In this document: positions 17,966-27,322 of the stretch, piece after piece
How positions within the stretch are numbered: position 1 is the first letter of the stretch
Layout: the number at the start of each line of letters is the position of its first letter
Assembly: GCA_964621125.1 (NCBI GenBank)
Contig: CAZUKZ010000003.1
Span: 1-50,342 of the forward strand
Length of the DNA: 50,342 bases
Source: Candidatus Woesearchaeota archaeon
GTDB lineage: Archaea; Nanobdellota; Nanobdellia; SCGC-AAA011-G17; GW2011-AR17
Direction of reading: 5' to 3'
Notes under the pieces: generated by a model
Database searches by the model: none
What the model was told of the DNA's origin: nothing
Seen by the model: only the letters and a program-made list of their open reading frames with translations
Translations under genes and position numbers: made by a program

Positions 17966-19423
17966 TTATCTCCCACCGCAACCACATCTCCCACCAGATG
18001 CACCACAAGAAGATCTTTGTTGAGCTGGTATCCTATTCAATTCATTTTCTATTGCTCTTTTATCATTCAAATCCAAATCGCCCTTAACGATAAAAGTTCC
18101 TGGAATCATTCCCATCCAACAACTCCACCTAATTATCCCTTCTTTTTTTGGCGTAAACTTAATTACTTGGGTACCTTTCTTAATATTGAATTGTAAGCCT
18201 AAATTAGGAACCTGTATTGCATTATTGCAACCATTAATTTCTTTACCCTCTATAATCCATTCTACAGGTACACCTTTTTTTAGTACAAATTTGTTTGGTG
18301 TCCAACCGTATCTATTGACTTCCATCTTTATCTGTTGAATTCCTTTCTTAATTATTGGAAGATTAGATGAACCTAATTCCTTAGAGTCACTATCAGATAT
18401 GTAACTTATTATTGATTTGAAATCATAACCTGTACCTGCTAAAACTAAGCCATTATTGAACATCAACAAACCTAAAATAATAATAACTATCCCTGAGGCC
18501 TTGAGGATTTTATGAGTAGCCTTGTTTGAAATAAAACTAGCCAAATATCCAAATCCCAACATAACAGGCAAAGTTCCTATAGCAAAAACAAATAACAACT
18601 TTGCGCCTTCCACTAAACTACCTGTACCTGCCGCCATAATATAAATTGCTTGTAAAGGGCCGCACGCGATCATCAAACCGTTAAGTAAACCTATAATTAA
18701 AGGATTAGAATTTTTCTTATATTCCTTTCCCAAGAGTTTGGATAAAGAAGATGGTAATCTCAACTGGAAGTTTCTCAAGAATGGAAAGATATGAAGCATT
18801 TTCAAACCAAAGACAATAAGAAACAATCCTGCCAGCACACCAGCAACTCCCCTCATTAATGGAGTCAAAGCAATTATTGAACCGATCAACCCAAACAGCG
18901 CCCCAATAACAGTATAAGAGATAATCTTGCCTAAACCATACATGATATGGGATTTGTGAGATAATTTTCCATCTTTAGCATCCTTAGCTGTATAAGATAC
19001 AACAAACCCCCCACACATACTAACACAATGAAATCCTGTTAGTAATCCTACAAGCAGTAATAGTCCATATCCCATGTTCTGACTTATTTGAGGTATGTTA
19101 ATTGAATCAACAAAATGGAATATAAAATAACCTGCAACAATAATTCCGAGAAGTCCAAAAACCCACCCAAATATCTTTTTATAGTTATAAAAATTATCAG
19201 CTCTTGAAGTAGAACATTCGTACCCTTTCTCTTCTATTTTCTTTAAAATTCTTTCTATGGTTGTCCTATTTCTATCAAAAGAGACTCTACCTTTTTCTGT
19301 GACCAAATCAAAATTAATGTCTTTAACCCCTCTTACCTTAAGCGCCTGTTCCCGGATTATCCTAACACAACTAGAACAAGTCGTACCTTTTGCAAAGAAT
19401 GGTCTTGTAATAATATTAGGCAT
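17966..19423 (-). CDS. HMA-domain / DsbD_2-like polytopic membrane protein with C-terminal cupredoxin-like domain and Cys/Gly tail
   Basis: N-terminal GTTCSSC HMA domain. Membrane core carries FHCVSMCGG. The C-terminal domain reads EGKEINGCNNAIQVP..IRWSCWMGMIPG. The tail is CGASGGRCGCGG. Confidence 0.7.
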   Translation of the reverse strand: MPNIITRPFFAKGTTCSSCVRIIREQALKVRGVKDINFDLVTEKGRVSFDRNRTTIERILKKIEEKGYECSTSRADNFYNYKKIFGWVFGLLGIIVAGYFIFHFVDSINIPQISQNMGYGLLLLVGLLTGFHCVSMCGGFVVSYTAKDAKDGKLSHKSHIMYGLGKIISYTVIGALFGLIGSIIALTPLMRGVAGVLAGLFLIVFGLKMLHIFPFLRNFQLRLPSSLSKLLGKEYKKNSNPLIIGLLNGLMIACGPLQAIYIMAAGTGSLVEGAKLLFVFAIGTLPVMLGFGYLASFISNKATHKILKASGIVIIILGLLMFNNGLVLAGTGYDFKSIISYISDSDSKELGSSNLPIIKKGIQQIKMEVNRYGWTPNKFVLKKGVPVEWIIEGKEINGCNNAIQVPNLGLQFNIKKGTQVIKFTPKKEGIIRWSCWMGMIPGTFIVKGDLDLNDKRAIENELNRIPAQQRSSCGASGGRCGCGGR

Positions 19424-19631
19424 ATTGGTTCACCCTATATCCTTCTTTTAAAATACTACCTTTTATCTGCTTCTGCGAAATTTTTAATTTATCGAAAACT
19501 ACTGATACTTTCCCTTTCTCATATGAAACTTTCACAGACTCAACCCCCTTAAGATTCTCTAACTCATCTTTGATGAGTATACTACAACTCGGACAGTGCA
19601 TACCTTTGACTTTCAAGTTAATCTTTTCCAT
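19416..19631 (-). CDS. copZ: copper chaperone (HMA domain)
   Basis: 71 aa with GMHCPSC and a ferredoxin-like HMA pattern. Overlaps the next gene's start by 8 nt. Confidence 0.85.
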   Translation of the reverse strand: MEKINLKVKGMHCPSCSILIKDELENLKGVESVKVSYEKGKVSVVFDKLKISQKQIKGSILKEGYRVNQYA

Positions 19632-19694
19632 AAATAATCAGCCTCCATGATTCCATGAAGAACTAAAAAATGAAACACCTTATTAAGAATTGTA

Positions 19695-19708
19695 TGAAAC
19701 TAGTTTCA
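19695..19708. promoter_or_regulatory. perfect 14-bp palindrome TGAAACTAGTTTCA (candidate operator) with an extra TGAAAC half-site at 19671-19676
   Basis: Read directly from the sequence. It spans the stop codon of the wHTH regulator gene at the head of the 74-nt gap before copZ. Confidence 0.3.
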
Positions 19709-20194
19709 AGTATGTTTTTTAAGAATCACTATATTCGTCATGCCACGTCTTCTTCTCTCAATAAAATGTTTACCTTCTAATTTATCCAAAATTCTTGTCA
19801 CCTTAACTTTAGTCAAATCAGTTTTCTCTACGAGGTCTGACTGGAAGATTGTACCCTCTGACTGAATTATAGTTTCCAACACTAATTTCTCATCTCCTGA
19901 AAGCTTATTGAGAATACTAACATAATCCTCTTTGGAATATTGATTTTTAGATCTTATTACATCTGCCTTTTCTTTTGTAAAAAACATAATGTAGATCCCC
20001 ACCAAAATTACAAAAACCATTATGCCAATACCAACACTAGTTTGGAATTTGATGGTTCCCCACATAGGGCAAGAAGAACCATGTGAACATGTTGTACTTA
20101 CAATGTTAGTTAGTGCCCTATTGAACATAAAAATAATAAATCCTATTAATAAAGCTAACCCTATTACTAGTCCACCCACTACTTTATTTTTCAT
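19706..20194 (-). CDS. membrane-anchored winged-helix (MarR/TrmB-like) transcriptional regulator
   Basis: Two N-terminal TMs flank a loop CSHGSSCPMWG. The C-terminal part (LSGDEKLVLETIIQSEGTIFQSDLVEKTDLTKVKVTRILDKLEGKHFIERRRRG) is a wHTH pattern. Confidence 0.6.
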   Translation of the reverse strand: MKNKVVGGLVIGLALLIGFIIFMFNRALTNIVSTTCSHGSSCPMWGTIKFQTSVGIGIMVFVILVGIYIMFFTKEKADVIRSKNQYSKEDYVSILNKLSGDEKLVLETIIQSEGTIFQSDLVEKTDLTKVKVTRILDKLEGKHFIERRRRGMTNIVILKKHT

Positions 20195-20288
20195 CTTTCA
20201 ATTAAAAAATTCTTATCATATTTAAAACTTAAGAAAAAAATCACCCTCTTTATATGATTTAGTTATATGAATAAAGTGAACTAAAAAA

Positions 20289-21191
20289 TCATATATTCTC
20301 GAAATAGTCTATATTTTTTTCATCAAGAGCCTTTAATTCACCTTCATAAATCCACTCTTGAGGGGAAAGACAATCATTAGGGTCATCCGCTAAAAAACCA
20401 AAATCTCCTCTAGATTTCATAGTTGAATTAATATAACTTGATTTGAGTGGACCATCCATCTCCTTCTTTGAACCACCATACCAACGAGCCCCATGCTGAA
20501 TCCAACGCTTCCTTGCCTTTAAGGCATTTCTATCAGCTTGGTTCTGCGGGTGCTTTCCTTTGTAAGGCCTTAATGTCGGTCGCTCAATTGGCTCCTCCTT
20601 ATCCGGGCCCAAAAAATTTTGATACTCTTCTTCCCAACTTTTTTCTTTAGTGGGAGGTGTTTCAGGTATAGATACATTATTCAACCATGATTCTTTTGCC
20701 CTCTCGGCTGCATCTCGCCTTGCTGTTTTATGACATTCATCCCATTCAAGCTTTTCATCCAAGTCTCCCCAACTGCAATAGTTTCCTGAATCATCAACAT
20801 ACCAACCCTCTACATCTGGTGCAAAGAATTTTGCTCCCTCATACCTTTCATAAACAATTTCTGTTCCTTCATCTAACCCATAGTCTTCATCAGGATATTC
20901 TTCAGGACCTATTTGAGAAGTTCCCTCAAGAGTCAACCATTCAATATAACCATCATCATCAGTTGAAAAACCTTTAGGTATGGACCCAAACCTATGATCC
21001 TTTGTCCAAGAACCATCTTGTTCTATCTCTGAAGAACCACTACCACTAACAGCCCCTTTCCCTATGGCCCTCATATTTTTATAATCTGGCCAATCAGCAT
21101 GGAGCTGTTTATTTCTGGAGCTTAAATTTCTACAAGTATCTCTCATTCTTCTATTATGCCTTCTTTCGCCTAGATCTAATGGATGACTCAT
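20289..21191 (-). CDS. hypothetical protein (acidic, Trp/Gly/Arg-rich orphan)
   Basis: 300-aa ORF with no recognised motif. Its codon and amino-acid usage differs from the Lys/Ile/Asn-rich neighbours. Confidence 0.5.
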   Translation of the reverse strand: MSHPLDLGERRHNRRMRDTCRNLSSRNKQLHADWPDYKNMRAIGKGAVSGSGSSEIEQDGSWTKDHRFGSIPKGFSTDDDGYIEWLTLEGTSQIGPEEYPDEDYGLDEGTEIVYERYEGAKFFAPDVEGWYVDDSGNYCSWGDLDEKLEWDECHKTARRDAAERAKESWLNNVSIPETPPTKEKSWEEEYQNFLGPDKEEPIERPTLRPYKGKHPQNQADRNALKARKRWIQHGARWYGGSKKEMDGPLKSSYINSTMKSRGDFGFLADDPNDCLSPQEWIYEGELKALDEKNIDYFENI

Positions 21192-21203
21192 CTTAATATC
21201 TCC

Positions 21204-21647
21204 TTATTCCTCAGTTGCAAGACCTAATTTTTCAAGCAAACCTTCAGCAGCTTTCTGCTTCCGCCTTGCATCCGTCCGGAGCTTAGCCAAGACCTCATAA
21301 TCTCGCTCTAGGCCTTCGTCGAGAGTCCTTATCGCCTCTGCTGACATTTCAGATCCATCAGCTACTTGGTATGTAGATTGATCACATCGATCAATAGCTC
21401 TATCTGAAAGAAACCTTCGTCCTTGAACGGCAAAGCAAGGTACTGGTACCCCTTTAGAACAAGTATGGCCATCCAATGATTGACATCTAATACCTTGTTC
21501 TCTTATGAAAGTCCTCATCAATTTAAACCTACCGCTTGCTCCCATCTCATCTCGAGTTATGTCTAAGTCCTGCCCATACGGTACATTTGCTTCCCTTTCT
21601 AAAGCAAAAGCACGGTCCTTTACTGTCTTATAAAAATCATTTGCCAT
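21204..21647 (-). CDS. hypothetical protein (orphan)
   Basis: 147-aa ORF ending 12 nt before the next gene. A BRE/TATA (CGAAAAGTTTATAAATA) lies upstream, and a GAGGT Shine-Dalgarno sequence is present. Confidence 0.5.
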   Translation of the reverse strand: MANDFYKTVKDRAFALEREANVPYGQDLDITRDEMGASGRFKLMRTFIREQGIRCQSLDGHTCSKGVPVPCFAVQGRRFLSDRAIDRCDQSTYQVADGSEMSAEAIRTLDEGLERDYEVLAKLRTDARRKQKAAEGLLEKLGLATEE

Positions 21648-21791
21648 TTTCTTAGTTTAACCTCTTAATTTATTACCTTTAAGTAAATACAACTTATTTA
21701 TAAACTTTTCGGTTTTGTGACTACTAGATAGAAGTTACAATTCTTCTTGTAAAAACTTCAGATGCCCCATTTTATAAAAAAAATAAAAAAA

Positions 21792-22556
21792 CTACAGTAA
21801 TCCCCTTGCCGCATTCTCTATGTAAGCCTTGGCTTTAGAATAAACAATAGCCCTGTTTTCAGCCAACTTTCCTTGCGCATCAATACAGAAATCCTTAGGA
21901 AAACTATCCTTGATTCTTCTTACCCTCTCTCCTACATTCTCTGCGCTGAATCCTCCCGCAATGCCTATTATTGTTTGAGGCATTTTCTCATAAAGTGAAT
22001 TCATAAGTTCAATTCCCTGCTCAACATCAAACTCTGTTCCTGTGCCACCTGATGGATCGACTAGTACATAACTCACTAAGGAATCATATTTTGCCGCCTT
22101 CCTAGATATTTCTTCTGTAGAAAGTCTAGACATTGCCCTTTCTGGTAGCTGCAACACAATCTCCATATCAGGAAAGTCCTTTACAAGCCTCTCAATATCT
22201 CCCACTTTAGGCCACGACATGTTAAGCTGTACTGCCCTACATATTCCCTTTTCATACATGCCTTCCAAAGAGAACAAATCCCTTAACTCTCTATTCATTA
22301 CATCAGGTACCTTAGTAAAGTAATGCATCATAGGAATTGCCCATGAAGGGACAGATCCAGCTAACCCTGGAAGATCTTCTGCAGCAGGAGTGCCACTTCC
22401 ACATTTTTCCATTTTGGCTAATCTTTTGGAGGACACGCCAAACCCGAACATTGCAGTATATCTACCAGATCCTAAACCAGCATGCTCAAATACGTCTGAA
22501 AGCCTTAGTACTTCTTCTTGCGTCTTAAATCCAGTTATTCCTATGTATGGTTTCAT
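21792..22556 (-). CDS. phosphoribosylanthranilate isomerase (TrpF)-like TIM-barrel protein
   Basis: IGITGF at the N-terminus, VQLNMSWP, VLVDPSGGTGTEFDV, IGIAGGFSAENV and FCIDAQGKL align by eye with the TrpF motifs ICGIT, VQLHG, LLD..GGTG.TFDW, LAGGL.PENV and VDVSSGVE. Confidence 0.65.
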   Translation of the reverse strand: MKPYIGITGFKTQEEVLRLSDVFEHAGLGSGRYTAMFGFGVSSKRLAKMEKCGSGTPAAEDLPGLAGSVPSWAIPMMHYFTKVPDVMNRELRDLFSLEGMYEKGICRAVQLNMSWPKVGDIERLVKDFPDMEIVLQLPERAMSRLSTEEISRKAAKYDSLVSYVLVDPSGGTGTEFDVEQGIELMNSLYEKMPQTIIGIAGGFSAENVGERVRRIKDSFPKDFCIDAQGKLAENRAIVYSKAKAYIENAARGLL

Positions 22557-22679
22557 TTTATATCACATTTTTGAATTCTAGAACCCAATAGTTAAACTTT
22601 TAGCTTATACTATATATATTAGTTAAATTGTTTATATTTTTAGGAAAACCTTAAATATAACAAGAGACCTATTAAAAAT

Positions 22680-23558
22680 ATGAAAAGAAAACTAATACAA
22701 CTCTCTCCTTCAACTTCCGTAGTGTCGCTCCCTGCAAAATGGGTGAAGAAAAACAACCTCAAAAAAGGTACCTCAGTGATCTTAAAAGAATCAGATAACA
22801 GCATCATTGTCTCAAGCAAGGAAGATAAAGCAGAAAAAGAAATCACATTAGACATAAGTGACCTTCAAGGCAAAATAATGTGGGCACATATAGCTGCAGC
22901 ATATATTGCTGGATATGATTCAATCACCCTCACGACTAAGAATCAAAGTCAAAGAGAATTTATGTCTAAAATTGTAAAATACTTTCCAGGCATGATTATA
23001 TATGAAGAAAGAAAAAATAAGGTCCGTTTTAAGGATATCACCCATGGTGCACAAGAAGATGTGGATAAGATATTAAATAGATTATTCAATATGAACATAT
23101 CTTTGCTTGAAGATGCGTCAGATGCAATGAGATCAAAAGACTGGGATTTCCTTATGAGTGTTAAAACAAGAGACTGGGCAATCAACAGTTATATAGAATA
23201 TTGCCTAAGACAGCTAAATAAATTCTCGTATAGACAGTTCTCAAAGACAGGAATCATGAATACATACATAAAGATAATCGAAATGCTTTCAGACAGGATA
23301 TGTGAATTACTAATAAAATCTGGAGAAGAAAAAATTAAAGTAAGCGACAAGGTAATAACCGGAATTATTGAAATGTATAAACAGATACAGAGTAACCATT
23401 TTAATTATAGCAAAGAAAAATTATTAGAATTTGATAATTCGAGGACAGCACTTATCAAATTGATAGATTCAGAAAATAAAAAAATATATAGATACTTAAA
23501 TCAGCTGGTTGGTTTGTTCTTTGAGGTCGAAGAGCTTGAAATACAGTTACATATGTGA
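22680..23558 (+). CDS. AbrB/SpoVT-domain + PhoU-like regulator
   Basis: The N-terminal LSPSTSVVSLPAKWVKKNNLKKGTSVILKE is a swapped-hairpin AbrB pattern. The remainder is helical and PhoU-like, as in archaeal 'phosphate uptake regulator' proteins. Confidence 0.7.
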   Translation: MKRKLIQLSPSTSVVSLPAKWVKKNNLKKGTSVILKESDNSIIVSSKEDKAEKEITLDISDLQGKIMWAHIAAAYIAGYDSITLTTKNQSQREFMSKIVKYFPGMIIYEERKNKVRFKDITHGAQEDVDKILNRLFNMNISLLEDASDAMRSKDWDFLMSVKTRDWAINSYIEYCLRQLNKFSYRQFSKTGIMNTYIKIIEMLSDRICELLIKSGEEKIKVSDKVITGIIEMYKQIQSNHFNYSKEKLLEFDNSRTALIKLIDSENKKIYRYLNQLVGLFFEVEELEIQLHM

Positions 23559-23591
23559 ACATTTATATATAAATATCACCATTAATTAATC

Positions 23592-24770
23592 ATGCAAAAG
23601 GGAGGCAAGGTAAAAGTAACAGTCGGAGGGTGGTACCAGAGGACAACCCTTCATCTAAGTGAAGTGTATGCGTTCTTAAAAGAGAGAAGGTCTAACTTAC
23701 CACTATCTGAAAAAAAACTTAAAGAGTATCACAAAAAACTCCAATTCATATCTGTGACAAGAGAGTATGGCCACCTTGAACATATCAGAGCAGTAACTAA
23801 AACTGGAATTGTGATTAAATACTATGAAGACGGATTATATACTTTAGAAAAAAATTCTACAGAAATATTAGAAGCAAGAAAAGATATGAAATCTTACCTT
23901 GAAAAAAAGTTTAAACCTGCGATAGCCTACATATTCTCCTTAGGAGCACCAACACCAAAAGTCTTGGCCAACATAGAAATAGAGCATCCTACTGCGATCT
24001 CAATTATCGATCAGAACCATACTAAGTTCAAATTAGATACATCAAAGTATGGTGAGCCTTACAGCAAGATTAGCAGCCCAAGTATGACTCTCTACAAAAC
24101 AAAAGATTACATATTCATAATTGCAAACCCTAAATTGCGAGACGTTCTTCCAAGACTTATGGGGATGCAAATATTCTTTAGAGAATTCAAGGACCAGTTG
24201 GAGAAGTACCTCAACATACACAGAACCGTATGGGAAGAAATATCTGACATAAAAGAGAAGCGTAAGCTTAAGGCTAAAGAGGTCCATGAACAAAGGTTAA
24301 AGCTCGAAAGCTATCAGAAAACCGTCAATCTAATTAAAAGCAGGATAAATCAAATGACCCCTTACGCAAAGACCAGGGCGTCACTAGCCAAAAATATAGG
24401 GATAGAGAAAGCCATGGTGGAACTATTCAAGTACAGGTTTGAGGATTTGTTTGATACATTAAGCTACATAAAAGAAATCTGGGCAATGACTCAAGACTAT
24501 GTTAAATCTGCAATAAAACTTATTATTGAGATGGAAGGAAGGAACACAAGCAGGAGTATTAAGTCTATACAGTTACTTGCTAGTGTAGGTGTTGTAGCAG
24601 GAATATTAAGATACCTTACCGCAGATACAGTGCCCAAAGTTACAGGGTTAGGCGTAGGATACTTTGTAGTCCTCCTAATTATAGCCTTTGGAATAAATTA
24701 TATCATTAAACTAAGATCTAAGAACAAGAGCTATACATTCAAATTCATTGAAAGGGCAAAGAAAATCTAA
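23592..24770 (+). CDS. hypothetical membrane protein (soluble N-domain, coiled coil, two C-terminal TMs)
   Basis: 392-aa ORF with a CorA-like topology but no GMN motif. No family recognised. Confidence 0.5.
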   Translation: MQKGGKVKVTVGGWYQRTTLHLSEVYAFLKERRSNLPLSEKKLKEYHKKLQFISVTREYGHLEHIRAVTKTGIVIKYYEDGLYTLEKNSTEILEARKDMKSYLEKKFKPAIAYIFSLGAPTPKVLANIEIEHPTAISIIDQNHTKFKLDTSKYGEPYSKISSPSMTLYKTKDYIFIIANPKLRDVLPRLMGMQIFFREFKDQLEKYLNIHRTVWEEISDIKEKRKLKAKEVHEQRLKLESYQKTVNLIKSRINQMTPYAKTRASLAKNIGIEKAMVELFKYRFEDLFDTLSYIKEIWAMTQDYVKSAIKLIIEMEGRNTSRSIKSIQLLASVGVVAGILRYLTADTVPKVTGLGVGYFVVLLIIAFGINYIIKLRSKNKSYTFKFIERAKKI

Positions 24771-24813
24771 GTCCCCCAATACTTTTTTATATTTCACACA
24801 CAAGGACTTTAAT

Positions 24814-26571
24814 ATGGGAATCAAAGACAATCCAGTAATCTACCTCACAAGGAAGGTTTGGCACTATTCAAAAGGAAATAGGCATATGATGGCACTATAC
24901 TTTGTGTTGTTCCTATTTGCACAGACAGTAGACTTCCTTTATCCTTTATTGCTAGCCATAATACAGGTTCAAGGCATCACAAATACTAGTGTTAAACCCC
25001 TACTATTCTACCTGTCGTTCTTCATTACATTCCAAATTATATTCTGGGCATGTTGGTGGCCTGGAAGAGTTATAGAAAGGGCAAATTCATTCATAGTCAG
25101 AGCAAAGTACAAAAAGTTCTTATTAGATGGGACAATGAACTTGCCAGCACAATGGCATACGGACCACCATTCAGGAGACACTATCGACAAAATTGAGAAA
25201 GGTACTCAAGCCTTATCACGCTATGCCTCTGAAACATTTGATGTTGTAGAGAGCATAGTACGGTTCGTAGGGTCTTACATCGCATTAGCATATTTCAACC
25301 TACACTCTAGTTATATCATCGTGTTCATGGTAATAATCAGCTTAACCATAATATTCAAATTTGATAAACAACTTATAAAACAGTACAAGAAACTGAATAA
25401 AGCCGAGAATGCCATATCTGCAAAGGTATATGATGTTATTAGTAACATAACTACTGTAATCATCCTAAGGATAGAGAAGCTAGTCTCAAATTCTATATTC
25501 AAGAAAATCATGAGTCCTTTCACACTGTTTAAGAAAAATATAAGACTCAATGAAACAAAGTGGATGATAGTAGCCTTTTGTACAGGCATCATGACGTTCT
25601 TAGTATTAGCAACCTATGTATTTTCTGCACTAAAGAGCGGAAGCGTTGTGCTTGTAGGAACAATGGCTGCATTATATGCTTATACTGATAGGATCTCTGA
25701 TCTATTTTTTAGGTTTGCCTGGAAATATGGAAAAATAGTCCAGCAAAGGGCAGCAGTGATGAACGCAGAAGAAATCTCAAGTGAGTTCAAGGATAAAAAA
25801 AGGTCTCGGAAACTTTCACCTGACTGGAAAAACCTCAAAATTGAATCATTAAATTTTTCATATCATACCGAGGATGGAGCAGATTTACATTTGGATAATA
25901 TTTTATTAACAATGAACAGAGGAGAAAGGATCGCTTTAATAGGAGATAGTGGCAGTGGAAAAACAACGTTGCTTAAAGTCATACGGGAGTTGTATACCCC
26001 CAATCAAGTAAACCTCTATGTTGATGGAAAACTATTGAAGAAAGGATTCAATTCAATAAGCTCAAGTATTGCTCTTATACCACAAGATCCAGAGATATTT
26101 TCAACCACAATAAAAGAAAATATCACCCTAGGAGTAAGGCATACTATCTCTGAGATAACTAAATATACCGATCTTGCATGTTTCAGTCAAGTAGTAAAGA
26201 GGTTGCCAAACAAATTAAATTCATCCATAGTAGAGAAAGGTGTTAACCTCAGCGGTGGAGAAAAGCAGAGATTAGCACTTTCAAGAGGTCTGATGGCTTC
26301 TAAGGATAAAGACATTATCTTATTGGATGAACCAACAAGCAGTGTAGATTCTAAGAATGAACTGAAAATCTATGAGAATTTCTTCAGAGAGTTTAGAGGA
26401 AAGACGATCATTTCTTCTATTCATAGATTACACCTCCTACTTATGTTCGATAAGATTTATTTTTTCAAAGAAGGTAAGATTATAGCCTCTGGGTCTTTCA
26501 ATGAATTACTGAAGAAATCTACAGAATTTAGATTTCTTTGGAATAAATATAAAGCCAAAGTTAGAAATTAA
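24814..26571 (+). CDS. ABC exporter, fused permease-ATPase (MsbA/ABCB-like half transporter)
   Basis: Six-TM N-terminal half, then Walker A GDSGSGKTT, signature LSGGEKQR and Walker B ILLDEPTS. ATG at 24814; the track start at 24748 is TTG and overlaps the upstream gene. Confidence 0.9.
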   Translation: MGIKDNPVIYLTRKVWHYSKGNRHMMALYFVLFLFAQTVDFLYPLLLAIIQVQGITNTSVKPLLFYLSFFITFQIIFWACWWPGRVIERANSFIVRAKYKKFLLDGTMNLPAQWHTDHHSGDTIDKIEKGTQALSRYASETFDVVESIVRFVGSYIALAYFNLHSSYIIVFMVIISLTIIFKFDKQLIKQYKKLNKAENAISAKVYDVISNITTVIILRIEKLVSNSIFKKIMSPFTLFKKNIRLNETKWMIVAFCTGIMTFLVLATYVFSALKSGSVVLVGTMAALYAYTDRISDLFFRFAWKYGKIVQQRAAVMNAEEISSEFKDKKRSRKLSPDWKNLKIESLNFSYHTEDGADLHLDNILLTMNRGERIALIGDSGSGKTTLLKVIRELYTPNQVNLYVDGKLLKKGFNSISSSIALIPQDPEIFSTTIKENITLGVRHTISEITKYTDLACFSQVVKRLPNKLNSSIVEKGVNLSGGEKQRLALSRGLMASKDKDIILLDEPTSSVDSKNELKIYENFFREFRGKTIISSIHRLHLLLMFDKIYFFKEGKIIASGSFNELLKKSTEFRFLWNKYKAKVRN

Positions 26572-26600
26572 TATAAACACCCTCCCTCTAAATTAATAAA

Positions 26601-27275
26601 ATGGCATTTGCTGGAGATAAGAAAAAAGGAAAGTCTATACTGTTCAATGCAGAGAACAAACTCAAAGATAAGCTTGTACCTCTAGTCCCAAAAAGTGTTG
26701 AAACATATCATTTGACATATACTACCATATTATGGAGCTTACTTATCGTGGGGTTCGGTTTTTTAGCAAATCACCACAGCATCAATTGGCTTTGGGCTAT
26801 TTCACTTATGATTTTTTTCCAGTACATCACAGACCTACTAGACGGAGAAATTGGGCGGCGAAGGAATACTGGTTTAATAAAATGGGGATTCTATATGGAC
26901 CATTTCTTAGATTACATCTTCCTATGTTCCATACTAATAGCTTATTCCTTCATACTTCCGGATGAATTCAAGTACCTATTGTTTTTTATCATAGCATTAT
27001 TTGGGGCGTTCATGGTAAATTCTTACTTAGGTTTTGCCGCAACAAATGAATTCAAAATAAGTTACCTAGGGATAGGGCCTACCGAAGTAAGATTAATATT
27101 CATAATAATCAATACATTAATTTTAGTGTTTGGGAAGACATATATGGCTCCAGCGTTACCCTATGTCCTTGTGTTTTCCATACTAGGATTAGCATTTACA
27201 GTCTACCGCACGCAGAAATATATCTGGAAATTGGACATGAAAAAGAAATATCTGGAAAGCTCGAAAAAAGAATAA
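26601..27275 (+). CDS. CDP-alcohol phosphatidyltransferase family protein
   Basis: DLLDGEIGRRRNTGLIKWGFYMDHFLD approximates Dx2DGx2(A/G)Rx8-9Gx3Dx3D within a polytopic membrane protein. Confidence 0.75.
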   Translation: MAFAGDKKKGKSILFNAENKLKDKLVPLVPKSVETYHLTYTTILWSLLIVGFGFLANHHSINWLWAISLMIFFQYITDLLDGEIGRRRNTGLIKWGFYMDHFLDYIFLCSILIAYSFILPDEFKYLLFFIIALFGAFMVNSYLGFAATNEFKISYLGIGPTEVRLIFIIINTLILVFGKTYMAPALPYVLVFSILGLAFTVYRTQKYIWKLDMKKKYLESSKKE

Positions 27276-27322
27276 GGTTTTTTCAGAGGATGTTATAAAG
27301 TGTAGGTGAAAGAAATTTCTTT

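Noticed and set aside
20195-22679. Considered calling 20289-22556 an integrated mobile element or prophage remnant
   Set aside because: No integrase, transposase or flanking direct or inverted repeats were found, and no tRNA lies at the border. Only the compositional and orphan-gene signal remains, and that is reported as a finding.
24748-24813. TTG- or extended-start versions of several ORFs in the track (24748, 1933, 6156, 39250, 46301, 7325, 18006, 36359, 503)
   Set aside because: In each case a downstream ATG gives a better start. The grounds are a Shine-Dalgarno sequence or signal peptide immediately at that ATG, removal of an overlap with the upstream gene, or an extension that reads as non-coding.
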